Shown: positions 25,167 to 37,786 of the stretch, in pieces
How the letters are laid out: each line of letters begins with the position of its first letter
Numbering within the stretch: the stretch's first letter is position 1
NCBI GenBank assembly: GCA_048213135.1
Contig: PS015059.1
Location: 106,231-149,374 of the forward strand
Origin: Reclinomonas americana ATCC 50394
Taxonomy: Eukaryota
Direction: 5' to 3'
DNA: 43,144 nt
Made by a program: the position numbers and the translations under genes
Notes under the pieces: generated by a model
The model's database searches: none
What the model saw: only the letters and a program-made list of their open reading frames with translations
What the model was told of the DNA's origin: nothing

Positions 25167-26415
25167 CTACAATGGTGGCATCTCGGGCTCACGGCACACG
25201 CTCATGACGTTCTCGCCACGAATGTACAGCGATCTCCAGAATCGCCGTTCATGCACCACCACGTGACCATTGCGGGTCTTGCGCACCACATCCACGTCTG
25301 GTCGCCGCCGACAGGCAGCCAGCACACGCTGATGAGCCTCGCGTACCGCTCTTCGCCGTGCATCATCGACAGCTAATGGTAGTGGTGGTGGTGGTGGCGG
25401 TGGCGGTGGCGGAGGCGGTGGTGGTGGTGGCTGACTGCTAGCAGCGCCGAGACCCATGGAAAAGAGTGGTGCCGGTTGTAGGCCCTTCTTGGTGACCACC
25501 ACCCACGGTCCCGGCACGCCTTGTTCCGCAAACGGCAGCACACTGACAGCCTCCTCGTCCTCCACCTCCACCTCCCCCTCGCCTCCTTCTTGGGCGGCAT
25601 ATTCCGACGGTCGCACGCACGTGCAGTCTTCACGAACATCGAGCAGGATCTGCGCCGGCATGCAATCGCATAAGGGCGCTGCGAAGAGAGTGAAAAACCC
25701 AAAGCCCCCCCAACGAACCAAGTTCCAGTGGCGATCAAAGGCCTTGATCACACCCGAACAGTGCCCACGCAGGCCACGCAGTCGGCGAATGGCCACCCGC
25801 ACTCGGCACTGATCGATCGCCATTTTCCGCAGCGCCATCAACGGACCCACATCATCGCGTGCACGAAACGCAAACGACGACTCCGCGTCGGCTGCCAACG
25901 CCCTGATGGATTCGAGAGTGACGGGTGGGGCGGCAAAGCGCGCAGAGAAGGCGTCCAGTGAGTCGGGAATGCGATGCTTCTTGGAGCGTTCTCTCGGCGC
26001 TGCGGCCGTCGTCGTTGTCGTCGTCGTTGTGGTCGATGTCGACGGTGGTGGTGGTGGTGGTGGTGGTGGCAAAGGAGGAGGAGGAGGTGGTGGTGGCGGA
26101 GGAGGAGGAGGAGCAGTAGCAACTGGAGGCGGTCGAACAGGTGGCGGAGGGCGATAGTTTGGATCCTCGGGCGGCAACAGTGATCGGCACTTGTCTGCGC
26201 GGTGCGACTGCTCAACTTGTGTGGCTTTCTGACTGTGTGTATGCACACACACACACACCTACATAGTCCAGCGGTCGCGAGTCGGGGTACGGGATCACCA
26301 CACGCTCCGGATGCAGCAAGCACAGCAGTGCGTCGAATGTGGGACTGGTGAGATCGTATCGTAGCTCGTCATCGGGTGGAGGAGGTGGAGGAGAAGGTGG
26401 TCTCTCCTCGGTCAT
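25167..26415 (-). CDS. LSM11: U7 snRNP-specific Sm-like protein LSm11, 3 exons
   Basis: N-terminal DLTSPTFDALLCL..IPYPDSRPLDYV, then GPLMAL..RVRVAIRRLRGLRGHCSGVIKAFDRHWNLILLDVRE (Sm1). A long insert separates this from RSLYIRGENVMSV (Sm2), which is the Lsm11 architecture. Confidence 0.85.
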
Positions 26416-26614
26416 TCTCGCAACTCGCTCTTCGTCGGGACAACTTGATCATGCGTTTTTTTTCTTGTTTTTTGCTCTTTACGTACGTTCACACACTCCC
26501 TCCCACTCTCACATCATCACTACCGCTGACACACATGTGCCAGCAGTTCCACACATCCCGCCTCTCTGTCAGTCAGTCTGCCGGAAGCAGATTCTACACT
26601 GACGACGTATCCCA

Positions 26615-27633
26615 TTACTTGGATGCGGCGCTCTCCGTCGTCGCCACCACGACTGCACGCAGGCAATGAGCACGAGGCAAGAGTACACGCACAGACACAA
26701 CATAGCATAACGCACCCACGAGGGCCGAGGCGACCAGCGTCAGGAAGGCGTTGCTGTGTATGCAAGTCAAAATCCGACACACAGTGAGTGACAGCACGTG
26801 CGTTTCTTTTGACGCAACAAGATGGCACCGAAGCTGGCAAACAGGATGAAGCCGCAGAAGACGGTGGAGAGGATGAAGAGCGAGTTGACATAGGCAAAGG
26901 AGAAGAAGGACGCCTCGCGGCCGCTGAGGTCGCGCACCACATCCTTCTTCTTGTCGTTGCTCTTGCCAGACACCGCCGCATCAATGTCGTTCACAGTGCT
27001 GCACACACACACACACACACACACACATGCGCGCGTCAAAACGAGTTGTCATGTGCGTGACTTGTGCATGCATTACCTGTGGAATGTGAAGCGCGCCAGT
27101 GATCCGTACGCGTAGCTGACGAGGTAGATGGCAACGGCGGCGGCAATGAGCAGCACAACGCTGTCGCCCCACAGAGTCAAGCCGAGCACCGCGCGCAGCA
27201 GGTCTGTGTGTGTGACATGTCAGCGCTGACAACACTCAAGGCGAAATGATGCACGCGCGTGCGTAGTGTGTGAAGTGATGGGTGCGTGAGTGTGATGTGC
27301 CGGGTGTGTGCGTGAGTGAGACGGCGGAGGCGACGCGCGTGCGGAGGGTTTGCACATGTCACACCCAACTTGAGATGTGGCACGCACTTTTCTCCTCCCC
27401 ACCCCGCACGCGCCTCTCTCCACACGTGCGTGCGTGCGTGCGTGCGTGCGTGCGTGTGTGTACATGTGTGTGCGAGAGAGAGAGAGAACGCAACAGACGG
27501 CGGCCAAGACAACCACCGCGGCCATGCCGTACGTCTGCGGCGGCCCAATGACCGGCACCGCCTGGTTCTGCAGCGCCAACTCCTGCAACTGCTCGTCCTC
27601 CGAGCCCGACGACGCCGACTTTTGCTTGCCCAT
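26615..27633 (-). CDS. SSR3: Translocon-associated protein subunit gamma (TRAP-gamma), 5 exons
   Basis: MGKQ..EDEQLQEL, four TM segments, YLVSYAYGSL and EASFFSFAYVNSLFILSTVFCGFILFASFGAIFNAFLTL, resembling SSR3 EATTFSIFYNNTLF. Confidence 0.85.
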
Positions 27634-27761
27634 TATATTCAACACGCACACACACAGACGCACAAAATCCGATGATATGATGTGGCGGGAGAATTTCGCG
27701 CGCCGGATCACACAGCGAGGTCGATATCGACGTCCAAAAACCGACTCGTGCGAGAGAAGCA

Positions 27762-28892
27762 ATGGAGGCGTGGGATGATGGCTGGGGCGATGCTGCTGCT
27801 GCTGATGAGGAGCATGATGAGAAGTGGTGGGAGGAGCGGGCCAAGGCCGATGCAGAGGCGTTCCGGGTGAAGAGAGCACGTGCGGCGGCGGTGGCGGCAA
27901 GGTCGGCGGCCTTTGCAAAGATCGCGGCCTCCATGCCCGGGAAGCCGAGTCAGGCAGTGGGTGAGTGGAGGGGGAAGAGGGAGAGGGAAGAGGGAGAGGG
28001 AAGAGGAGAGGGAAGAGGAAAGGGAAGGATGAGAGGNNNNNNNNNNNNNNNNNNNNNNNNNNNNNNNNNNNNNNNNNNNNNNNNNNNNNNNNNNNNNNNN
28101 NNNNNNNNNNNNNNNNNNNNNNNNNNNNNNNNNNNNNNNNNNNNNNNNNNNNNNNNNNNNNNNNNNNNNNNNNNNNNNNNNNNNNNNNNNNNNNNNNNNN
28201 NNNNNNNNNNNNNNNNNNNNNNNNNNNNNNNNNNNNNNNNNNNNNNNNNNNNNNNNNNNNNNNNNNNNNNNNNNNNNNNNNNNNNNNNNNNNNNNNNNNN
28301 NNNNNNNNNNNNNNNNNNNNNNNNNNNNNNNNNNNNNNNNNNNNNNNNNNNNNNNNNNNNNNNNNNNNNNNNNNNNNNNNNNNNNNNNNNNNNNNNNNNN
28401 NNNNNNNNNNNNNNNNNNNNNNNNNNNNNNNNNNNNNNNNNNNNNNNNNNNNNNNNNNNNNNNNNNNNNNNNNNNNNNNNNNNNNNNNNNNNNNNNNNNN
28501 NNNNNNNNNNNNNNNNNNNNNNNNNNNNNNNNNNNNNNNNNNNNNNNNNNNNNNNNNNNNNNNNNNNNNNNNNNNNNNNNNNNNNNNNNNNNNNNNNNNN
28601 NNNNNNNNNNNNNNNNNNNNNNNNNNNNNNNNNNNNNNNNNNNNNNNNNNNNNNNNNNNNNNNNNNNNNNNNNNNNNNNNNNNNNNNNNNNNNNNNNNNN
28701 NNNNNNNNNNNNNNNNNNNNNNNNNNNNNNNNNNNNNNNNNNNNNNNNNNNNNNNNNNNNNNNNNNNNNNNNNNNNNNNNNNNNNNNNNNNNNNNNNNNN
28801 NNNNNNNNNNNNNNNNNNNNNNNNNNNNNNNNNNNNNNNNNNNNNNNNNNNNNNNNNNNNNNNNNNNNNNNNNNNNNNNNNNNNNNNNNNNN

Positions 28893-28964
<72 letters not shown>

Positions 28965-29623
28965 GTGTGTGTGTGCGAGGATTTGATTTCGGAGATTGAT
29001 GCTCCGCGTGGCACACAGTCATTTCCGTGTCTCCTGTTGCTGCCGGTCCTTCTTCTGCTGCTGCTGCATCAGAGTCTGGAGGTGAGTGGCGTGTGTGTCT
29101 TGTTGTTCTCCACGCGTGTTTGTGTCGTCATCTTTGTTTTGGCAGCGATTGTCGATCCCTTCCAGGCGGTGATTGGTGTCGATGATCCGGAGGTGGCACG
29201 GCAGCAGTACCTCGCTGCGCTTGGTTTGTGCTTGGCGTGTTGTTCTTGTTGTTTGTTGGTTAGACAGCTCGCCCACTGCTTGGGCTTTTATTAGAGCGTC
29301 GGCTGGCGCTGTTGCGAGAGAATCGCGAGGTGGTGCCGAGGAAGAGGCGTCCGGCGCCGAGTGCGGCCGCGGGCTATCATCGTACGGGGCAGGGCGATGA
29401 TTGGACGGAGGAGTATCCGCATGATGTGGCGGTGCAGGAGGAGGTGAGGAAGCGGGGAAGGGGGAGAAGGGGGAAAGGGGATGGAGAGAACTGTGTATTG
29501 ATCCCTCTTTCCACTCAAGGTCACGGGTACTTGTGCTCTCCATGGAAGAGGCTCTGTTTCTTCTTCTCTTCTTCTTCTTCTTCTTCTTCTTCTTCTTCTT
29601 CTTCTTCTTCTTCTTCTTCTTCT

Positions 29624-29681
<58 letters not shown>

Positions 29682-30268
29682 GTCTCGTCGTCTGTNNNNN
29701 NNNNNNNNNNNNNNNNNNNNNNNNNNNNNNNNNNNNNNNNNNNNNNNNNNNNNNNNNNNNNNNNNNNNNNNNNNNNNNNNNNNNNNNNNNNNNNNNNNNN
29801 NNNNNNNNNNNNNNNNNNNNNNNNNNNNNNNNNNNNNNNNNNNNNNNNNNNNNNNNNNNNNNNNNNNNNNNNNNNNNNNNNNNNNNNNNNNNNNNNNNNN
29901 NNNNNNNNNNNNNNNNNNNNNNNNNNNNNNNNNNNNNNNNNNNNNNNNNNNNNNNNNNNNNNNNNNNNNNNNNNNNNNNNNNNNNNNNNNNNNNNNNNNN
30001 NNNNNNNNNNNNNNNNNNNNNNNNNNNNNNNNNNNNNNNNNNNNNNNNNNNNNNNNNNNNNNNNNNNNNNNNNNNNNNNNNNNNNNNNNNNNNNNNNNNN
30101 NNNNNNNNNNNNNNNNNNNNNNNNNNNNNNNNNNNNNNNNNNNNNNNNNNNNNNNNNNNNNNNNNNNNNNNNNNNNNNNNNNNNNNNNNNNNNNNNNNNN
30201 NNNNNNNNNNNNNNNNNNNNNNNNNNNNNNNNNNNNNNNNNNNNNNNNNNNNNNNNNNNNNNNNNNNN

Positions 30269-30302
<34 letters not shown>

Positions 30303-30317
30303 TCTTCTTCTTCTTCT

Positions 30318-30358
<41 letters not shown>

Positions 30359-31475
30359 TGCAGTGTTAGCGTATTCATCGCTGTCTCTGAAAGGTATGCG
30401 TCTTTGTCTTCCAGTCTCCGCACATCGCTCTCCTTTTCGTCTCCTTTGCTGTCCTTGCAGTGCTTGGGTATTCGACGCTATCTGTGGAAGGCATGCGAGT
30501 TCGTGTGCCATTCTCCCACGTCGCCTCACCAGGGAACCGAAGGGCACGGGTACTTGTGCTTTCCTGCTCTCTCCCTGGTTTCCTCTCTGTTTCTCCTCTC
30601 TCTTCCTGCAGTGTTAGCGTATTCATCGCTGTCTGCAGAAGATATGCGACTTCGTCTTCCAGTCTCCGCACATCGCTCTCCTTTCGTCTCCTATGCTGTC
30701 TCTGCGGTGCATGTGTTTCGACGCTGTCTGTGCGTGTTCGTCTGCCGTTCTCCCCTCGTCGCTCTCTCCTCGCCTCGCCATGGAGCTGAAGGGCACCGTG
30801 AAATCATCTCTCTCTTCATCTCTCCCTCTCGCGTCCCCTTTCGATCATGCCTGTGTTTTCAGCGCTGTCTGTGCTCTGCCATTCGTCCCTCGTCGCTCTT
30901 TCCTCGCTTCACTGCGAGTTCCAGGCAATCCGTGGAAGAGTCCTGTGCTCTCCTTCCTTGTTTCTGTCTCCTCTCCCTCTCCCTCCTCCCTCTCTTTTTT
31001 CGCTCACTTGTTCTCCTCGCAGCCGCTGTGCGACGAGATGGCCGACGGACCGCTGGCACTGTCGTCCGACGTGCGCATGTCATTCATCCGTGCACCACCT
31101 CGAGTCGGTGCTGGCGATGCCGATGACGACGAGGAGGAGGAGGAGGCGGAGGAGGGGGCTGAGGGCGAAAAGGGAGCAGAAGACGACGTGGACCAGCGCG
31201 ACGACGACAGCGAGGGCGGGGGTATTCACTCCAGCGACGAGGAGGGCGGATTTGATTCCGACGACGATGGCGACGACGGCGAAGACGATGAGGAAGTGGA
31301 TGTGCTGGGAGCGGCACCGGTGGTGCAACTGGAGGAGGAGGACGACGAGGATGCTGACTGGGGAGCGGAGCCGGTGCAGTTTGAGCAGTGGTCGCGCGAT
31401 GAAGATGGTGGTGGCGACGATGGCGATCGTGTGGTGCATGTGGTCGTGGCAGAGGGCGGTATCAGCGCCTCATGA
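27762..31475 (+). CDS. Hypothetical protein with acidic C-terminus, interrupted by two assembly gaps
   Basis: Exons MEAWDDGW..KPSQAV, AIVDPFQAVIGVDDPEVARQQYLAAL, ERRLALLRENREVVPRKRR..VQEE and a final exon from 31023 (PLCDEMADG..poly-D/E) are flanked by GT/AG sites. Confidence 0.6.
28037..28892. other. Assembly gap
   Basis: Run of N flanked by a purine-rich tract and (GT)n. Confidence 1.
28893..28975. repeat. (GT)n microsatellite
   Basis: Seen directly. Confidence 0.95.
29557..30356. repeat. (CTT)n/(CT)n microsatellites flanking assembly gap 29696-30267
   Basis: Seen directly. Confidence 0.9.
30357..30700. repeat. Intronic degenerate direct repeats (~85 bp unit, copies ~248 bp apart)
   Basis: tgcagtgttagcgtattcatcgctgtct..tcttccagtctccgcacatcgctctccttt occurs at ~30359 and ~30607, with a diverged copy at ~30456. 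Confidence 0.8.
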
Positions 31476-31656
31476 AGAGAGAGAGTGAAGGGAGGTATGC
31501 ACGCTCTTGTTGCACCCATGATACAAAAAAGCCACCACACTTTCACTCGCACGGACGACACGTCCCCCACACAAGAAAAAAAACACAAGCGCCAAACACC
31601 CGGTAAAGAAAAATGAAAACAAGACCAACATCGCCACACGGGCTTGTTGTGCCGTT

Positions 31657-33378
31657 TTAGCGCGCCGGAGGCGCAGCACCAAAGAGTGACTCGCGAATGC
31701 GCGGCAACGACGTCTCGAAAATCAGCTCCAAGCGCTCATCCAGTGTGTTGCTGCAGCGAATGAATCCACCTCGTGTCTCCAACGCCACACCACCAGAGCT
31801 GCGACAAAAAGAGTGAGTAAACTGGATACAGAGAGGGGTGAGTTTTACCAGCCGAACGCACCTAATGTCAGGCAACTTGCCGCGGCTCAGCTCCAATGTC
31901 GTGTCCTTGCCTGCGTGGAGACGAGGATCAGTGGCCAGTGTGTCACGAATCAAAGCACAACACACACACACACACACATCACCCCACTTGAGAGGTCACA
32001 TGCAAACTCAGAGCTACACTGTAGTCACCAGCAAGTGTGGTATGACAAATTTTTCACGCGATGTGTAGTTTCATCGTTGTTGCATCCATCCCCAACCCAT
32101 CGCCCCGCCATACACACACACACGCACACACACACACTCACCCGACTTGGTCTTGTAATCGCGCTGTGCGTCGGCAAACACACCCTGTGCCAGCGTCTTG
32201 TCCTTCTCGCGCACCACCACGAACAGGTTGCTCTCGTTCATCTTGAGCATGCACTCCACCATCAAATCCTTCAGCAGCACCTTGTAGCGGTTGGTATCCT
32301 GCGACGGAAAGAGAAGGGCTGAGTGTGCAATCACGCAAGAGACGTACTCCCATCATGTTCAACGTGAAACAAAGGAAAGTGATCTGATGCATCATCTTCA
32401 ACCCTGCATGAACAAGATCCCCTGCATGCATTCGAGCAGACGAAAGCAATCATCACTCGTTCCAACAATGCACACGCCTCGCAAGTACTGAGGTGACTCT
32501 GCCTCTGTCTCTCTCTCTCTCTCTCTCCATGAGCAATCAGCAAGTGATGCAGGCAACTCATCAGACTATCTCTCTCCCCTCTCAAATCAACCACACTGCA
32601 CAAACGCTCACTCTCTCCGCATTCTCGAGTAAGCAAGCACAAGCACAAGCACCAGCCTTTGCCTTCCCACAAAGACAAGCCCTTGCCTCCCCCGGCCTTC
32701 AACTCACCGAGCTCACTTGCTTGAGTTGCTCACGGACTTCCTCTTGCAGCCTCTTGATGAGATCATCACGCGCTCGCAGAATCTCCAGACGCGACTCCTT
32801 GATCTCCCGCGACTCATTGCTGACACAAGCAACAACAATGAGCATGCGAAAATAACAAGACCCTCCAGAACACACACGCAACATCTTGCGCTGTGTGGCC
32901 TGCTCCTTCTCCTTGCGCTCAAACTCCTCCTCCAGATCACGCATGCCCTTGGCCTGCGCCACCAAACAAAGTGTGTGAGATGACATGACACACGCAAATG
33001 TCGCTTGCGCACACACACACGCGCTCTCTCTCTATCTTTCTCTCATGCACACACACTCGTGTGGGGGAGGGGGCGTGCAATAACGCAACGAGAATGCGGC
33101 CCTTCTCATCGGCGGCAGCCTGACGCGCTTGCTCACCAATCTCAGCGCACTTCTCCTCACCCTCTGTCCGGATGCTACAGACACACGCCACAACAACATC
33201 AGCAACAGACACATACACACACATAAACAGCACACAGCAGCAGCAGCGCAACAATTGAATCATCGAGGAGATCTGCATACATGCAAATGTGAGCTCACAC
33301 AAACAACAGCCACAACAGTGTCTCTCCCGCTCTCTCTCTCTCACAACACACCTGTCGCTTGACTTCATCGGCATTCAT
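31657..33378 (-). CDS. ATP6V1E: V-type proton ATPase subunit E, 8 exons
   Basis: MNADEVKRQISSMIQFIRTEGEEK..EKGRIL..EEFERKEK..SRLEILRARDDLI..YKVLLKDLM..SGGVAL..IRCSNTLDERLELIFETSLPRIRESLFG. Confidence 0.95.
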
Positions 33379-33540
33379 CTTCGCGCTTTGTGTTGCGAGT
33401 GCGTGGTGCGTGGACAACGAGAAGCGGGACTGCGGGACGCATTCATTTCTGCATATAATAATGTCACTCAGTGTGCGACGAGCAACCGCGCATCTCGATC
33501 GCCTCATTCACGATCGAGTGCCGCGTGCGCTGCATGATAT

Positions 33541-35251
33541 ATGTCGCGTGATGGGCACAGTTTCGCGCATTTTCCATGCCTGTGAAGTGCACTGCTGCTC
33601 ACTTGTCCACAGGATGCAGCAGCACCACTCGTGGAATGGACACAGGCGGTTGTTGTCGCGCAGTGCGGAGGCGTGCTGGTGCGTCTTGCACAGCGCAATG
33701 TGCGGGAGTCGTTTGTGCACGGTCTGGCACACGAGAGAGTGCACAAAAACAAGCAGCAAAACGTCGCTCTTATATGTCGCGTGTGGCAGGTGTGCGTCGT
33801 CTGCAGTCGGCGCTCATGGAGGGCATTCGTCACGTGACGAGTGCAGTTCATGCGGTGCTCAGCAGCGCTGGTGTTGATAAAGTTCCGCGGCATCTGTGCA
33901 GTCGGCGACAAGAGGCACTTCGTGTGGTGAGGCGGGCAGGCAACGGTGCGCGTGTACGCAAGTGGGCGGCGGCTGCGCCACGTGGCTCGCAACGTGCGCG
34001 CTTCCTGGCAGAGTGTGTGACGGTGGTGGACGAGATGGAGCGGTGGCGAGCTCGAGGAGCTTGTGACGATGAGGTGGTGCTGCTCGAGGTGCTGCAGCAT
34101 CGATGGCGGTTCCACTGGCGGCTGCCGTTTCTGTTGGCGCGTCTATATGTGGACCTGCATGTGTGTGCGCTGTTGATGCTGGCTGCTGGCCACGATTACG
34201 AGGCGGAACGGGAGTGTGTGGCGGTGTGGAGACGGCGAGATGCGCAGGCGGTGGCCGTGCTATCGAGCATTATGGACGTGGAGGAGGGTGGTGCGCGGCT
34301 TCTGCCCCGACTGCCGACGGTGGGCATGGTGTCACGCGCAGTGGATGGTGACCAGCAGGCGCCGGCAAAGGAGACGATGCCGTCGTTGCCTCCTGAGTCA
34401 GTGTTGGCAGATGTAGGCGAGGGTGGAGGGGAGGAACAAGTCGTGGTTTCCGCACCCGTGGAGGCGCCATCGGCAAAGCGGGCTTGGGAATCGCTTGCTC
34501 ACTGGCCCCTCCTCTACGGCACCATTCCCACGGCTACCGTGACGCTTCCTCCTCATGACTCTGCGCACAAATCGTACGATCTCTCGTCTTCGCCGTTCTC
34601 GTTGGAAACCAGGAGCTTCTCATCTTCCGCTTTTCGTGCGCACAGCACACCGCTCTGGGAACGCCAGCTTGCCATCGCCACTGGCACTGCCGCTCACCGC
34701 CCTCCCAGTGCCGTGGAAACACTGGACGCCGAACGGCGATCCGAGTACCTCACCACACTTCTCCACCGTGTGACCGACGATCCCGCAGCTGCTCAGCGCC
34801 TCCGCTTGCAACCGCCTCTGATCGCCGACGGAACGAGTACGCAATCCACACTGACGCCCTCGGAAGTGGCGGCTCGTGAGTGTTTACGAGAGTGAAAGCT
34901 GTCCCACACAATTGCATGGCGGAATCAGGAGAAAAGGTCGGCGCTTGCTCTCTCTCGCACACACGCACACACAGTTGTTTCCCCTCACTGCGCGTGTACG
35001 TGCATTAGTTTGTGCTCTTGCAAAGTGGCGATGGTCGCCAGTTTGTGATGCCGCTGGATGGTGTGCGATTCAGCGCACCTCTGGCGCACATGTTGCTCAG
35101 CGATGGTCAGTGCCTCTCTCTCCCTCTCTCACACACATACACCATGTGAACAACTCATTGCCTTCCTTGTGCTCACGCAGTGCCACACGGTGACGCCGGC
35201 AAGAGCGTGTTCACCGTCGCGAAGAATGATGACGCTGCTCATCACTCATGA
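33541..35251 (+). CDS. Hypothetical protein; main exon ~33790-34875, terminal exons uncertain
   Basis: A long open frame (33576-34895) with helical-looking sequence lies between V-ATPase E and SphK. Short flanking exons are plausible but their phase is ambiguous. Confidence 0.5.
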
Positions 35252-35311
35252 CAGAGAGTTCATTAAAATATGGTTGCTGCTTTGTGCATGCTGCTTTGTG
35301 CGCAACAACAA

Positions 35312-37786
35312 TCAGGGCGAGCAGATAACGTTGGCCAAGTGCGGGTGGATCTCGACGCGACACGGGGCGACGGGCACATTCTCGCCGTCGAGTGCCATCC
35401 ACGTGCGATGCTCGCCGGGCAGTGGCTCGAGGACCATGGCGCGGATGCGAATGTGTTCCATGCCTGGCTGCGTGTAGCATGTGCCGTCGTCCAGCTGTGG
35501 GAGGTGCGGAAGAGGTCAGAGGGAGAGGTATGGAGGAGGGGAGGAGGAAGGAGCGCGTGGCTCAACGCAACTCCAAAGAGGATCTTGGCCAGTCGGCAGC
35601 GCCCCACTCGTCGGATGAGCATGAGGTGGAGTAGGCCATCGCCGATGCGTGCTGGAGGGCAGATGGTGGCGTTGGCTGCGACGAGAGCGATGTGAGGTAG
35701 GGGTCGGGAGTCGCCAGACGTAGGGGAGGAAAAACTCAACCAGCAAGTTGCGCAATGTTTGTCAGCGTTACCATCATCACCGGCTCATCAATCGTCTTCC
35801 ACGGGAGTGCCGCTGCTTCTCCTGCGAAATGAACCCCACCGATCAATACTAGGAATACGCTCCATGCGCCAACTATGCGCAATGCTCCCCCCAGTACCTT
35901 CTGCGTGCTGCTCGCCATTGGCGGCCAGAGGAGCATGCTCCGAGTGCTCGTCCAGTGTTGGTAGATACCGCAGTCGCGGACCGGCGGGCTGTGCGGCCGC
36001 GCCAGTTTCCAGATCGCCACGCTGCACGGCCACACCCACGCCACTACCACGGCCACCACCATCGCCACCCTGCCACGTCGCGCACCTTCAGCGCACCAAA
36101 TAACGCAATCTCAAACCTGTAACACGCACCTCCAAGTCGTCGGTCACCAGCTCCGCGTACGGTCCATTCAGAACTTCGCCCAACCCTCGCACCGTGGCAT
36201 ACTCGTCCTCCTGTGCCTCGAGGTACCGCAGACGCATCGGATGTCTGCATTGTCGAGATTGGCAACCAAACACACCAGAAGAAGAAACACGAACGCCTCC
36301 TCTCCCAAGCTAACAACTCACACGTGAGCCTTGCATACTTCGCGAAAGCCGCCCCAGTCGAATCGAGCCTTGCCGAGACAGCCGCGCAAGTGATCCGTGC
36401 CCACATCAATGTTGGCCACCAGACCGTAGGTCAGCGACAGGAAGCACACGTAGTGCTCGGCACCCTGCGACACGCTGAACAAGTCCAGCGGCTTGCTGTA
36501 GCCGCGGGCCACTGCCAGCGCGCCCTGCATTGGTTCCATAATGCCGGCGGCTGCCGCCAACGCATTGCCAGACCCGGCAGGAATCGGACCAATACGGACG
36601 GCGCTTGCGCGTTGCCAATCTGGTCGATGGAAAAGCCCGTTGACGACCTCAAACAGGAGACCGTCGCCGCTGACGCACGCCATGCAGTCGACGCTGGCGA
36701 GATCCATGGTGCCAGCGACCTCGCGTGCGTGACCCGCATATTGCGTCTCTGTCGTGTGTGTGTGTGGCGTACACTGTAAGTCGACAAACCCGAGGAAAGC
36801 AGTACCTCTACATCGCACCGATCAACTCGTAGTCGACAAGAGCGCGATCGAGCACCGGCTGCACACACGAGGCCCACAGCTTGGGCGCCGTCTTGGTGCC
36901 ACCAAACGGATTGACAAACACAACAACACGCCGCCGCCGCGGCAGGGGTCCTGCAGGGGAGAATCGGGGTTACCACCACCGCATGCTCGCACACACATAC
37001 ACACACATAGCATGATCGCACCCGCACGGAACCTTCCACTGGCAATCCCGCAATCAAACACTGCACCGCTGTCACCCATCGCATCGCCTCATCGGCACTC
37101 TCACACGAAAACGACTCGTCGCTCAACTGACGTGTGGTGCCACCACCACTACGTTCGCAGAATGAGTGGGAAAAATGACAGGCCTCACACCATCAAAAAA
37201 AGTACACTCACCAGCACCCGGTCGCCACCTGCTCGACCGCCGACACCACGAATCGCCGATCGTTGTCGTCGCTGATCGAGGCACCCACCAGCCACTCCGC
37301 ATCAAAACCCGATCCACCACCCGCTGCAAATAATGCAATCGACACATCAATCACACACACGAACACGCGCATTGAGCAAGGGAGAGAGTGTGCGTGTGTG
37401 TCTGCCATACCAAACTCAGGCTCCGTCTCCGCGGCGCGCAGGTAGATACCCGAGGGCGACACCACATTCACCGGCGCACCAGCGTGTGCATCACTATCAC
37501 CAGCAGCAGCGCTGCTGCTGCTGCAACAGCATGCACAACAGCATCGGCACGAGCCTCGACGTTGCTCGGCGGTCCACGAGAAGCCAGCGCGAGTCAGACG
37601 GCCGAGCACGGCCTCGTCGCCACGTGCAGTGTGGCGCACCAGCACCGACTGCATTATGGTGCTGTGCGAGGGTGAGGCAGGTGGTGGCACTGCTGCTGCG
37701 CCATCGAGATCTGCTGCGCGGCTGCTGCTTCCGTAGTCGGTGTTGATGCCGCCGTATGTGGTGGAGGGTGCACCGCCGGCGCTCAT
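35312..37786 (-). CDS. SPHK: Sphingosine kinase / long-chain base kinase (DAG kinase family) with N-terminal PH-like domain
   Basis: TQYAGHAREV, VSGDGLLFEVVNG, IPAGSGNALA, PLDL, SLTYGLVANIDVGTDHLRGCLGKARFDWG, DGLLHLMLI and MALDGENVP. The last exon ends LANVICSP*. Confidence 0.92.

Noticed and set aside
27220-31126. Very long ORFs (400-600 aa) in the ORF track
   Set aside because: They are artefacts of reading through N gaps and microsatellites.
33080-33260. Reading GTTGCG donors as GC-AG introns 3 nt downstream
   Set aside because: Alignment length with conserved V-ATPase E motifs fits the GT position without an extra residue.
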